In this document: piece by piece, positions 18,498-28,179 of the stretch
Numbering within the stretch: position 1 is the first letter of the stretch
Layout of the letters: the number at the start of each line of letters is the position of its first letter
Virus record (IMG/VR): IMGVR_UViG_3300033498_000048
Span: 128,001-192,000 of that record
From: a virus
Taxonomy: Duplodnaviria; Caudoviricetes
Direction: 5' to 3' (one strand)
Length of the DNA stretch: 64,000 nucleotides
Made by a program: the position numbers and the translations under genes
Notes under the pieces: model-generated
What the model saw: the letters and a program-made list of their open reading frames with translations, nothing else
Database searches by the model: none
What the model was told of the DNA's origin: nothing

Positions 18498-19676
18498 TCA
18501 AATAAATTCACCTGGATGTGAATACAATACCTTATCTTTAGGGTTCGCTGATGTTGTAACCTCGGCAAATCTAACCCCTTTATTATTCTTTAGGGTTAAT
18601 ATATATTCAAAATTGGAAATTAAATCATAACTACCCTTTATTCCAATTGAGCTTGCAGTTTTTGAGTGACATGATAGTATGAAATTTATACCAACTTTCC
18701 TACCTTCTGTCAATAGTGGAAGTAAAAAGTCAGATAGGTTTTGAATATTTTTAGATACTGTTGTCCACTCGTCAGAAAAATAATAGACTTGTGGAAATTC
18801 ACCTTCAATAACAGCACCACTTCCTAATTGTTCATATCTGTGGTCCATTAAATGTAATGAGTTTTCTAGCTCTTCAGCAATAGCAGGGTAATTCCTACCT
18901 TGTCCTACAACACGCACACGTTCATCCCATTTCCCTGGGGTAGTGTGTGAATCCATAACTACTACTAAATGTCCCTGCCCTAATTTCTGTTTAATTAAGT
19001 GTTGGAATAGTGTTGTTTTACCCGAACCCTGTGAACCAATTATCAATATACGTTTAGAGTCAATTAATTCCTCTAATAATCCAGTCAAGTATCCATTATC
19101 ATCTTTTTTATTGATGCTTATAACCCCAACGTATGGATTTTGATTGGAATTAATTGATTCGTATATTACATCTTCTTCATCGTCATCGTTGTTTCCACAA
19201 TCTAAAACAGTATCATGTTCTTCAACACAATAATCGTCTGGATTTACATCCGTATCACATTCTTCAACGCAATAATCATCTGGACTTACACTTGTTTCGT
19301 GTTGTAATACAGCAATAGATGTCAATTGATATGGAGTGCATAGTTTCTCATTTCTAACTCTACTAATTGTATTGATGTGTATTTCTTTATTTAATTCCAA
19401 TTCATGTAGTTTTTGATACCGATGTAAATCCGTTAGGTTTTTTAAGTATCTAACTAAAAAAAAACAACATGGAACTAATACAAATAGTGCAGATATTAAG
19501 ATTATGATTCCAAGTAACCCGAACACCCCAGAAGTGGCAGTTACATAACTGTCAAGATAATTGTGTGGATATAATGATACAGATATATAATACCCCTTTA
19601 TTGTGATTGCAATTATCGCTGTAACCACGACAACTGCAACATATGATACAATTGTTAATAAATTGTTATTTCCCAT
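18498..19676 (-). CDS. Membrane-anchored FtsK/HerA/TraD-like P-loop ATPase
   Basis: Two N-terminal TM segments, acidic linker with a duplicated PDDYCVEE, Walker A GSQGSGKTT, Walker B YYFSDEW, and EGRKVGI. Confidence 0.7.
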   Translation of the reverse strand: MGNNNLLTIVSYVAVVVVTAIIAITIKGYYISVSLYPHNYLDSYVTATSGVFGLLGIIILISALFVLVPCCFFLVRYLKNLTDLHRYQKLHELELNKEIHINTISRVRNEKLCTPYQLTSIAVLQHETSVSPDDYCVEECDTDVNPDDYCVEEHDTVLDCGNNDDDEEDVIYESINSNQNPYVGVISINKKDDNGYLTGLLEELIDSKRILIIGSQGSGKTTLFQHLIKQKLGQGHLVVVMDSHTTPGKWDERVRVVGQGRNYPAIAEELENSLHLMDHRYEQLGSGAVIEGEFPQVYYFSDEWTTVSKNIQNLSDFLLPLLTEGRKVGINFILSCHSKTASSIGIKGSYDLISNFEYILTLKNNKGVRFAEVTTSANPKDKVLYSHPGEFI

Positions 19677-19709
19677 GAAAGTCCCTTGACATTTGTTAAT
19701 TCTATTCTA

Positions 19710-19738
19710 CATATACTATACAAATTCAATTATGTCAA
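19710..19738 (-). promoter_or_regulatory. Sigma70-like promoter TTGACA-17-TATATG
   Basis: Directly upstream of the membrane ATPase gene. Confidence 0.55.
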
Positions 19739-19751
19739 GGGACTTTCAATA

Positions 19752-20087
19752 TCATTTCATAAAACGTTTAATTGCACTTAGTTTGCTCCGTATTAATTTA
19801 TTAATGTGACGATTGATTATTGTTTTTGTGTCTAACAATTTGCGAATTTCGTCTATATCAGTTTTAATTGGTTTCCATTCATTTTCTAATCCATATTCGT
19901 AACAATCATACACCTCAACGAAATATAACATTCCACCATATTCATACAAAACAAATGCCATTTCATAATCACAAATTGCAACAAATACTTGATTAATCAA
20001 TAAGCATGGTTCACAAAACTCAATCGACAAATCAACAGCATTTTTACATTTCCAAGATATGAGTGGAGATATTGTAACATTCTTCAT
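19752..20087 (-). CDS. Hypothetical protein
   Basis: 111-aa ORF. Confidence 0.65.
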   Translation of the reverse strand: MKNVTISPLISWKCKNAVDLSIEFCEPCLLINQVFVAICDYEMAFVLYEYGGMLYFVEVYDCYEYGLENEWKPIKTDIDEIRKLLDTKTIINRHINKLIRSKLSAIKRFMK

Positions 20088-20090
20088 ATT

Positions 20091-20363
20091 TTATGCTACC
20101 ATTGGACTATCAACTGTTTCGTCCATGTAAGTTAAAAAGAAACTAACCGAATATTCATTTGCAGCAATATGATGTATGTTAATAGTATTTCCAAGTGACC
20201 GTACAAAGTTTAGCAATAATTGCATACTATGTTTAATGGTCACTTTATTTGGATAATCAATTACTACAATTTTTCTACACAATTCATATGCAGAATCATC
20301 AATTTCAATTGTTCCATGTTTACTCCAAAAAGCATTTAATTCTTTGTTTATAGTTTCACTCAT
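20091..20363 (-). CDS. Hypothetical protein
   Basis: Start placed at MSETINKE after a GAGG RBS; the longer track ORF runs into repeat array 2. Confidence 0.6.
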   Translation of the reverse strand: MSETINKELNAFWSKHGTIEIDDSAYELCRKIVVIDYPNKVTIKHSMQLLLNFVRSLGNTINIHHIAANEYSVSFFLTYMDETVDSPMVA

Positions 20364-20387
20364 TTTGTTTCCTCTAGTATTATTTTG

Positions 20388-20670
20388 AATCAATGACTTA
20401 GCACTTGGAACAGTTATATAATTAATACCACGATGCAAGTGCTAACCTATTGATTTTGTTATATTGTAATCATTCTCAATTAAATCAATAGGTTAGCATT
20501 TATGAGTATTGGTTAATTAGTAAAGTGTTCCAAGTGCTAACTCATTGATTTATAGTAATTGACGATAATAGCTACTATATCAACAGGTTAGCACTTACAA
20601 CTGTTATATAACTAAGACCAATCTGCAAGTGCTATCTTGTTGATTCTTAATAATTGACAAGATAGCACTT
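20388..20670. repeat. Inverted-repeat array 2
   Basis: Complete units at 20388, 20483 and 20578 (95-bp period, 30-bp cores), plus a partial arm near 20652. Confidence 0.95.
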
Positions 20671-20940
20671 GTGGAACATATTATAACACGCTTAATGATG
20701 TGTTCAGAACCAACACGATTAACCCAGTGATTCCAGATAAACTTATAAATGGGTTCAATCTGAATGCTTCTGTTGGAGTTCGTTTTAATCTTGATGTTGT
20801 GTGGAAGATAAGCATAATAACACAAATACCACAAATAATATTAATAAGCAATTTTAATTCTCCAGTTGATAAGTAATTTATAGTTGTGCATGATACATTA
20901 AATAATAAAAAAGTCAAATAAATATGTTTATATTTTAAAA

Positions 20941-21900
20941 ATGGAGAAAGGTATGTTACAAGGTTTACAAAGTAATGCGTTTTCATATTCACAGTTCGTA
21001 TGGTTCATAGGTGTAGTTGAAGATAGAGATGACCCAGAAAAGACTGGACGACTTAAAGTAAGAATATTTGGCTATCACGATGAAGAAGATAGTGAAAATT
21101 CAAGTAGTGAAATATCAAAAGATTCGTTAGTTTGGGCTGCAACAATGCAACCAACAACCAGTGCAGCATTAAGTGGAATTGGTCATAGTCCAACAGGTAT
21201 TATGGTTGGTACAACGGTTGTTGGTTTTTTTGCAGATGGTCATAGTGCAGAAATGCCTATTATTATGGGTACATTAACAGGTAAACCAACAAAAACAAGT
21301 CAAACAAAGACAAAATATGAGGATGGTGAGTCGGATGCAAATAGGTTAGCTAGGGGAGAAACAAAAGAAACATCTATAGAAAAACAAAACGACTCATTGA
21401 CTGAGGGTGATGGGTGGAAAGAACCAAAATCAGCATATGCTGCAAAATATCCATACAATCATATAATTGAAACAGAGTGTGGACATATACAAGAATTTGA
21501 TGATACCGATGGTGCAGAACGCATACGAATTTACCACAAGAATGGTACATTTTGGGAAATACATCCAGGTGGAGATTATGTTTTAAAAATCCAAGGTACA
21601 CAATACGAAATCATCAAAACAGACTCTAATGTTAAAATAGGGGGTAATTTAAATGTAGAAGTAACTGGTGATGTGAAACTCAAAGTGAACGGTAAAGTTG
21701 ATTGTCAAGTTGTTGGGAACATAACGGTTAAATCAGATGGTGATATAGCAATGACTGCTACTGGAGATTTTGATATTAAATGTGGTGGGAATGCGACAAT
21801 TCAATCTGGTAGTTCTATGAAACTTGAGTCTGGTGGTAATACGTCAATTGATGCTGGAGGTATGTGTAGTATTAATGGGTCAATGGTAACAATAAATTGA
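20941..21900 (+). CDS. 5: Baseplate hub/spike protein, gp5-like (OB fold + beta-helix, no lysozyme domain)
   Basis: WFIGVVEDRDDPEKTGRLKVRIFGYH, V.GFF.DG...P.IMGTL, YPYNH..ETECGH..EFDDT.G.ERI, then 8-residue beta-helix repeats. AATAAATA upstream. Confidence 0.88.
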   Translation: MEKGMLQGLQSNAFSYSQFVWFIGVVEDRDDPEKTGRLKVRIFGYHDEEDSENSSSEISKDSLVWAATMQPTTSAALSGIGHSPTGIMVGTTVVGFFADGHSAEMPIIMGTLTGKPTKTSQTKTKYEDGESDANRLARGETKETSIEKQNDSLTEGDGWKEPKSAYAAKYPYNHIIETECGHIQEFDDTDGAERIRIYHKNGTFWEIHPGGDYVLKIQGTQYEIIKTDSNVKIGGNLNVEVTGDVKLKVNGKVDCQVVGNITVKSDGDIAMTATGDFDIKCGGNATIQSGSSMKLESGGNTSIDAGGMCSINGSMVTIN

Positions 21901-21910
21901 CCCAAACACT

Positions 21911-22258
21911 TTAATTAGTAGCTGAATATACCATTTTTAATATATCATCTTTTGATAAGTCTTTAATATTTACTATATTGTCCAATAGCCAATCGAAACG
22001 TGTTTTCCAAACATCTTGGAGTTTATTGGTTTTATTTGCTAGATGTATTTTGATGTTTTCCATTGAATCTGTTGTAAATATTGGAACCCACTCACTTATT
22101 GAGTTTTGTCGTTCTAATAATCTATAACAATGAATTGATGGATTATCTATGGCAATGTTTCCACGAATAGAAACTATATTCTCTTCAAATATCGGTTCGG
22201 TCATATTATTCTTCCATATATTGATTTGTGAATCCAAGCAATACAGTTGAGTCGTCAT
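21911..22258 (-). CDS. Hypothetical protein
   Basis: ORF; true start probably MTEPIF. Confidence 0.55.
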   Translation of the reverse strand: MTTQLYCLDSQINIWKNNMTEPIFEENIVSIRGNIAIDNPSIHCYRLLERQNSISEWVPIFTTDSMENIKIHLANKTNKLQDVWKTRFDWLLDNIVNIKDLSKDDILKMVYSATN

Positions 22259-22742
22259 CTAATTGTTCAAAATTTAAACATATTATCTTATCAGACTGCA
22301 ATGCTATTAATAAACTATGTAATATTTGTGGAAGTCCAATCATTGTAGTATCTGTTATTACTGGATTAATTTCAACCCATATTAACGGGTGTTTTAATAA
22401 TGTATTAACACATGGAGTATAACAGTTCCACAAATTGTGAATAGCACAACTATCCATATTAAATACTTTATTTAATTTATTTGTTATAATATCAATTAAT
22501 TCATAAACATTGGTATATTGTTTTGTATTATCATCGGTGGTCGAATCTAATATTTCAAGTGTAGACCAATCAATTGTAATATCAACATCTAGTAAATAGT
22601 TTAATAGTTCAATATTTCCAAGCAATAGGTTGTTATGCTTAACCCTATTTTCAAACACACAATATCCAGATATTGGGTCATTCTTGAGTAATTCAAATAC
22701 AACCTTTTTATACAAATCTGTTACTGTTTTTTGTTTTAACAT
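22206..22742 (-). CDS. Hypothetical protein
   Basis: 178-aa ORF with AAGGTG RBS. Confidence 0.65.
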   Translation of the reverse strand: MLKQKTVTDLYKKVVFELLKNDPISGYCVFENRVKHNNLLLGNIELLNYLLDVDITIDWSTLEILDSTTDDNTKQYTNVYELIDIITNKLNKVFNMDSCAIHNLWNCYTPCVNTLLKHPLIWVEINPVITDTTMIGLPQILHSLLIALQSDKIICLNFEQLDDDSTVLLGFTNQYMEE

Positions 22743-22768
22743 CGAATCACCTTCAACTGTAGTAAATA

Positions 22769-22782
22769 TATAAATATTTATA
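22769..22782. promoter_or_regulatory. Palindromic back-to-back late promoters TATAAATATTTATA
   Basis: TATAAATA on + (22769-22776) and on - (22775-22782), between divergent genes. Confidence 0.65.
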
Positions 22783-22827
22783 AATCTAATTAAATAGAAT
22801 CATAAATATTAAAGATAAGGGGTAAAC

Positions 22828-23184
22828 GTGAAACCAGCAACTATTAACTTAACAATATATCAGGGTTCAACTTTTACTAAAGATTATATTTGGAAAGTTG
22901 GTGAACCAGCAATTCCAGTTAATTTGACTGGATATACAGCTAAGATGCAAATCCGCGAAAAAATATCAGAAGCTACTATATTAATCGAATTATCAACAGA
23001 AAATGGTAGGATATTAATTCCTAATCCAATTGAAGGACACTTTTCATTTTTAATATCTGCTACAGATACGTCAATGTTAAGTTTTAAAAATGCTGTATAT
23101 GATTTAGAGTTGTATTCTCCATCTGGGGTTGTTCGCAGATTGTTTGGTGGGTCAGTAACATTATCTCCAGAGGTTACTAGATGA
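22828..23184 (+). CDS. Virion-associated Ig/BppU-like protein (TIYQGSTF...YTAKMQIR...VYDLEL...RLFGG.VTLSPEVTR)
   Basis: Pattern typical of small phage tail/baseplate adaptor proteins; late promoter upstream. Confidence 0.65.
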   Translation: MKPATINLTIYQGSTFTKDYIWKVGEPAIPVNLTGYTAKMQIREKISEATILIELSTENGRILIPNPIEGHFSFLISATDTSMLSFKNAVYDLELYSPSGVVRRLFGGSVTLSPEVTR

Positions 23185-23753
23185 CAGATGAATTACTCGT
23201 TTCCAATCAAGATGGGATTCAAGTAATTGTACTATCTGGTATTACCGATACCATAACAGAAACTGAAGTTGTTACAAATGCAATCGAATCTACTATTGAA
23301 AGTGGAATTGTTACAATATATGACGATAAACTAACTTACATTGAATCTAAAGATGACCCTCCAACGTTAATTAATACAATTGGTGTTGGTCCACCTGGTC
23401 CACCTGGTCCACCTGGTCCAATTGGAGATGGTGTATTTCCACCACAATATTTCAACATCAATCAGAATACTACCAGTTATATTTTAGATACTTTAGATGT
23501 TTTGAACCATAGAACGTGTAAATGGATAGTCAATATCAGTGACGATTATAATACTAGATTTAGATGCTGTGAAGTTTTAATGTTAAATCACAATTCACAT
23601 TGTTCATTTGTTGTTTATAGTAGTATGGGGAGTCAAATACAACATAAAATTAATATAGAATTAATTGGAAATGACATTAATATGACACTTGATAATTATG
23701 AAAATGTTGATTTGAAAGTTGGTGTTATTAGGATTGGAATGTTATTTGTTTAA
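23181..23753 (+). CDS. Virion fibre/decoration protein with short collagen motif
   Basis: GPPGPPGPPGP followed by a C-terminal beta domain (LD...RTCKWIV...E.LML.H). Confidence 0.6.
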   Translation: MTDELLVSNQDGIQVIVLSGITDTITETEVVTNAIESTIESGIVTIYDDKLTYIESKDDPPTLINTIGVGPPGPPGPPGPIGDGVFPPQYFNINQNTTSYILDTLDVLNHRTCKWIVNISDDYNTRFRCCEVLMLNHNSHCSFVVYSSMGSQIQHKINIELIGNDINMTLDNYENVDLKVGVIRIGMLFV

Positions 23754-23774
23754 ATTAAATATATAGGGGTTAAA

Positions 23775-24809
23775 ATGTCACAACAATTATTTGAAGTTGA
23801 ATTGGGTATTGCATTTGGTGGAGCATCCATTATTGCAGATGTTGATTCACCAACTGGAACTGGGTTATCTAGTTCTGTTGGCGTTGGTTCGATATTCCAC
23901 AACACAACATCTGGTGAATTGTGGATTAAAAAAATTGCTGGTTCTGGGCAATTAAACTGGAGTAAAATTGCATTATATAGCGATATTACTAATAGGAGTT
24001 GGCGTGAACCAGTTACGGTTGTTGATAGTACAAGTATTGTAATTCCAGTAGGTGTTGCGACAGAAACCATAACAATTGATGGTGTCGTTATTGATGGTGG
24101 TGCTAGTGTATTATTCAAAAATACAACAATCACAACCAATAGGAACGTATATATCTATGATAAAGTTACGGGTACATTCATTGAAGAACTCAATCAAGAA
24201 ACTGCTGGAGACCAAGTGTTTGTGTTGGAAGGCACAAGTGCAGGTAAATCGTTTGCTTTTAATTCTAATACGAATGAGTGGATCCAAAACGATAGTTCTT
24301 CCTTAGATGAAGAAGGCTATGTTAGAGCATTCGTAGGCAAATCTGGAGTAGGTAATGTATTGCCAACTTATACATCTAATAATTACATCGCAGATGGTGA
24401 TACATTACAAACTGCTATCGGTAAGTTGGATGGTTCAGTTGCAAGTCAAGAAGTTTTGTTAGGTACTGCTAGGTTTGACTCCTTTGAATCTACAGTAACG
24501 ACCCAGAGAGCTATTGATTCTGTATTCACAGAACAAGTTATTGCGTGTAAATGGATATTGTATATCCAAGGCACTTCAACTAATAGGGAACTAATTGAAA
24601 TATTGGCTCTACATAATGGAACTCCAACCTCCAATGCAACTATTGTTCCAGATTATACCAAATATGCAAAATTAAAATTTGGAACAATTACAGACTTAGA
24701 TGTTAGTGTAGGATTAATTGGGACAGGTACAACACAAGAAATGCAACTATTAGTTAGTTCGACTATGCCAGTAGATGTGTGGGCAATTCGAGAAGTTATT
24801 AATTGGTAA
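23775..24809 (+). CDS. Tail fibre/decoration protein
   Basis: WREPV...IDGVVI...VLFKN T..NRNVYIY motif; C-terminal domain paralogous to that of the upstream gene. Confidence 0.65.
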   Translation: MSQQLFEVELGIAFGGASIIADVDSPTGTGLSSSVGVGSIFHNTTSGELWIKKIAGSGQLNWSKIALYSDITNRSWREPVTVVDSTSIVIPVGVATETITIDGVVIDGGASVLFKNTTITTNRNVYIYDKVTGTFIEELNQETAGDQVFVLEGTSAGKSFAFNSNTNEWIQNDSSSLDEEGYVRAFVGKSGVGNVLPTYTSNNYIADGDTLQTAIGKLDGSVASQEVLLGTARFDSFESTVTTQRAIDSVFTEQVIACKWILYIQGTSTNRELIEILALHNGTPTSNATIVPDYTKYAKLKFGTITDLDVSVGLIGTGTTQEMQLLVSSTMPVDVWAIREVINW

Positions 24810-24815
24810 AATTGG

Positions 24816-25106
24816 ATGAGTGCATTAACTGATTTTTTTGAAGTTGGTGGTATTGTAATAAATGATATAGTAGCAATAGCTGCTGGAATTAATGACCCAA
24901 CTATCATATTATTAGACCTTCCTGTTGGTTCATTGTACATAAGAACAACTGGTGAATTGTGGACTAAATATGGAGCATTATCAAATGAATGGAAATTGGT
25001 TAATATCACAGATACACAATCATTAGAGGAATTAATTGTGTATAATAATTTAGGAGACCCAGAATTGCTTTTTATGAATGATACAATAGTTAAGGTTAGT
25101 ATATGA
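24816..25106 (+). CDS. Small virion protein (GSLYIRTTGELW motif)
   Basis: Late operon; shares a motif with its neighbours. Confidence 0.55.
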   Translation: MSALTDFFEVGGIVINDIVAIAAGINDPTIILLDLPVGSLYIRTTGELWTKYGALSNEWKLVNITDTQSLEELIVYNNLGDPELLFMNDTIVKVSI

Positions 25107-25846
25107 AACACGAAAATGCACCATTAGGACAAATTCACGTTCCATATAATTGGATATTTAATAATGCTACTGCTAGGTTAGCTGTAACATCTTTTTTACA
25201 AACTGATTTAGGTAAACTTGCGTACCAATTAAGTGATAATACACTATGGATTTTAATTGGCACACAAGGTATATGGAAAGATATAGTTGGAACAGTATCA
25301 ATTGTCAGTGGACATTGGCGAGATTTAAATTCAGAAATAGACCCACGAAGTGGTAATACAGCTCCAGCTTGGACAGTATTTAGAAATGGTATTTATTTTT
25401 ATGCGTTTTCACCATCTGCAATGCGTGAGGTATTTTCAAATTTTCACTTCCAGCACGATTATTTGTTGGGAAGTGCAGTATTTGCTCATGTACACTTTTC
25501 TATCAATACACAAGCGTCTGGAGTGGTTAGGTGGGGTATTGAGTACACCATTGCAAGGGGACATCAACAAACAACTGGGTCAACATTTCCAACAACAACG
25601 ACAATATACGCTGAACAAACAATAGTTGGAACAACAGACCAATATAAACATTTTGTATTAGACTTTCCAGGTGTAACTGATTCAAACATTGAACCAGATA
25701 CTATTATGTCATGTAGGTTATTTCGTGATGCAACAAGTGTAAATGATACATATCCAGATATTGTGTTTGGAATTAAATTTGATTTACATTATCAAGTTGA
25801 TGGGTATGCAACTGTAAATAGATTGCCTAATTTTTACACAATATAA
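25103..25846 (+). CDS. Virion structural protein (fibre tip/receptor-binding candidate)
   Basis: 247-aa beta-rich ORF in a late operon; GKLAYQLSDNTLW motif. Confidence 0.6.
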   Translation: MKHENAPLGQIHVPYNWIFNNATARLAVTSFLQTDLGKLAYQLSDNTLWILIGTQGIWKDIVGTVSIVSGHWRDLNSEIDPRSGNTAPAWTVFRNGIYFYAFSPSAMREVFSNFHFQHDYLLGSAVFAHVHFSINTQASGVVRWGIEYTIARGHQQTTGSTFPTTTTIYAEQTIVGTTDQYKHFVLDFPGVTDSNIEPDTIMSCRLFRDATSVNDTYPDIVFGIKFDLHYQVDGYATVNRLPNFYTI

Positions 25847-25869
25847 ACAACTCAATTGGAATTTACTAT

Positions 25870-26331
25870 ATGATAACTATTTTCTTTGCACTAAATCACA
25901 CTATTGAATCTAAATTAATAAGATTTAGTACCAATAGTGATTATTCACATTGCGGATTTGTTGATAAAACAAAAAACACAGTTATTGATTCCACTATCGA
26001 ATATGGTGTATCTGAATATCCAATATCGAAAATAATATTGAAGTATGATAAAATAGTTTTCGTGGATTTAACCTGTATATCGTACACTGCAATTAATTAT
26101 GCTAGACAACAACTAGGTAAAAAATTTGATTGGACTGCCATTATTGGAATTAATATGTTCCGCAGAAATTGGCATGAAGAGGATAGGTGGTTTTGCTCAG
26201 AATTGATTACATGGGCGTGTAACAGAGCATTTGTAAATTTCGTGACTAAAAACAATGTATTGCGTGTAACTCCTAATGACGTGTTCAATATATCAACAAC
26301 AATCGGAGGTAAACTTTCAATAATAAAATAA
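25870..26331 (+). CDS. Permuted papain-like amidase (YiiX/YebB, NlpC/P60 superfamily)
   Basis: YSHCG...DST...GV, ARQQLGKKFDW, WFCSELI, VTPND. Confidence 0.8.
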   Translation: MITIFFALNHTIESKLIRFSTNSDYSHCGFVDKTKNTVIDSTIEYGVSEYPISKIILKYDKIVFVDLTCISYTAINYARQQLGKKFDWTAIIGINMFRRNWHEEDRWFCSELITWACNRAFVNFVTKNNVLRVTPNDVFNISTTIGGKLSIIK

Positions 26332-26652
26332 TGAAATCTGATTAATCTGGATTAGTTATTATTATTAATACCAATAACCAGATTCCATTAAATGAAAATG
26401 TATATAAAGAAAAAGAAATTTAAAACTAAATGTTAAAGTCACAATAGCAATATACAAGTATCACCGAAGTAATACCAACTTTAAATGTTGAAACAACACA
26501 CAATTAACAATTAACAATCGTTATAAAAATACAGTAGCAATAAACAAAGTGAATAACTGTAAGCAATAACGATATAATTCAATTTTATAGTTTTTGTGAT
26601 ACATTAATTAAAAATCACTTAAATCTCTATATACATATAAACCATTTTACAA

Positions 26653-27216
26653 TTAGATTATTTTATTATCTAAAAGTAATAACTCCAAATCATCTGGAAT
26701 TTGAATTTCAGTGCGATAATTCAATTCTAATAATTCATCTTTCAATTTTTGAATTGCTGTATTCAAACATTGAATCTCTTGTTCAACGTGTGAAATGTCT
26801 TCTGGAAGCAACACAGATGATGTAAAACTACAGTCGTACTTATTAACCGTTTCTGCTGATTTATATCTACCAATGCGTTTATCAATTTCAGTGACTGACA
26901 TCGCAACCGAATCAGTTTTTATTAACTTTAATGTAGCTAACGCTTGTCCACTAGAATTAAGATTCGCTAATATTTTATATATTCCGCTTTCGTAATTTGC
27001 TTGATATACAAGATTGCGTATAGCACCACTCGCAGTGGTTAAGTTAATGCGGGATGTCATATTTTTGAATAACTTATCATTTCCAGCTTCAATCTTTGCT
27101 TCAATAGCAGTTGAATACTCATTAAACTCAACGGTTGTTGGGAGTTGAATAGAATTGATTGTTGCTTGAATTGTGTGTAATATCGCAGATGCTTTTCTTA
27201 AATTAATTTTTTTCAT
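26653..27216 (-). CDS. Hypothetical coiled-coil protein (MKKINLRKASAI)
   Basis: 187-aa ORF with GAGG RBS. Confidence 0.7.
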   Translation of the reverse strand: MKKINLRKASAILHTIQATINSIQLPTTVEFNEYSTAIEAKIEAGNDKLFKNMTSRINLTTASGAIRNLVYQANYESGIYKILANLNSSGQALATLKLIKTDSVAMSVTEIDKRIGRYKSAETVNKYDCSFTSSVLLPEDISHVEQEIQCLNTAIQKLKDELLELNYRTEIQIPDDLELLLLDNKII

Positions 27217-27361
27217 TTAGTCCTCTTTAAATTGTATTGTGTATTGATGTCCAAACACGCTTTCAATAATTTGCTTGTTTGGAGCATCAAATGCCTTGAA
27301 TCCAGACTCTTTTTTAACCAAGTATTAAATGAGTGTTCGCCAGCTAACTCAAACCACTTGT

Positions 27362-27640
27362 TTAGTTTCCAATTAAGTCTCCACGTTCATTGCATACCTG
27401 TAAGATTATATGTTCTCCAGTTACACATGAAAACACATCTGAACACTTAGGAGTTTTTTTCAAAAAACAATTGCGACATGGTTCGTATGTTCTTTTGTCT
27501 TGGGTAACTTTAACGTATATATCAGTTGATGTATTTGTTGTACCAGTTGCTTTTATAAGCGAATTAGTAGGTTTTAATATTGTTCCAATTGGAAAGCTTT
27601 TTTGTTTGTTTAAAGCTGGATTTAGGCTTAACTTAATCAC
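27362..27640 (-). CDS. Hypothetical protein with Cys cluster (C..C.......C......C)
   Basis: 92-aa ORF. Confidence 0.55.
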   Translation of the reverse strand: MIKLSLNPALNKQKSFPIGTILKPTNSLIKATGTTNTSTDIYVKVTQDKRTYEPCRNCFLKKTPKCSDVFSCVTGEHIILQVCNERGDLIGN

Positions 27641-27641
27641 G

Positions 27642-28103
27642 TTATATCTCCATTAAACATTCGATTAATCTGTCCAACTCAGTAACGCTTAGGCTCTCAA
27701 TTGAACTTGTCAAGATTTTACGTTTTTCTTCCAGTTCATTATGTTTATCTCTACTGTTAATATACGCATGATAGCGTCTAAATAGTCTTCTATCATTAAT
27801 CAATTCTTTTCTACGAAATAACAAATACTGTATTTCTTGTGGAAATTGTGCCAATACACCCAACACTTCTGAAAAATTAGATAGCTTAATATCAGATTGT
27901 GCATACCGTTTTATAAGTGTAATTCTTTTATTCAATAAACGATTTAAACTGTTATTCGCATTGTTTAATTCTTTTGGTATTACATCGAATGATTTAGTAT
28001 ATATTTCATATTGTTCAATTATATATGATAATCGTTGTAGTATTGCTGCATTCAATTGTCCAACTCTAATTGGAAGTTTAACTATGTCAAATTTCTTAGC
28101 CAT
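27642..28103 (-). CDS. Hypothetical protein
   Basis: 153-aa ORF. Confidence 0.65.
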   Translation of the reverse strand: MAKKFDIVKLPIRVGQLNAAILQRLSYIIEQYEIYTKSFDVIPKELNNANNSLNRLLNKRITLIKRYAQSDIKLSNFSEVLGVLAQFPQEIQYLLFRRKELINDRRLFRRYHAYINSRDKHNELEEKRKILTSSIESLSVTELDRLIECLMEI

Positions 28104-28179
28104 TATCTTTCCTATTCATAATATAACCTCGTTAATCTATATTGGTATAGTAAACTAATTGATTAACGAAGTCAAGCTT

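Noticed and set aside
20604-20992. Minus-strand ORFs 20604..20834 and 20681..20992
   Set aside because: They overlap array 2 or the gp5 start, lack a clear RBS, and have low-information composition. A small membrane protein cannot be excluded.
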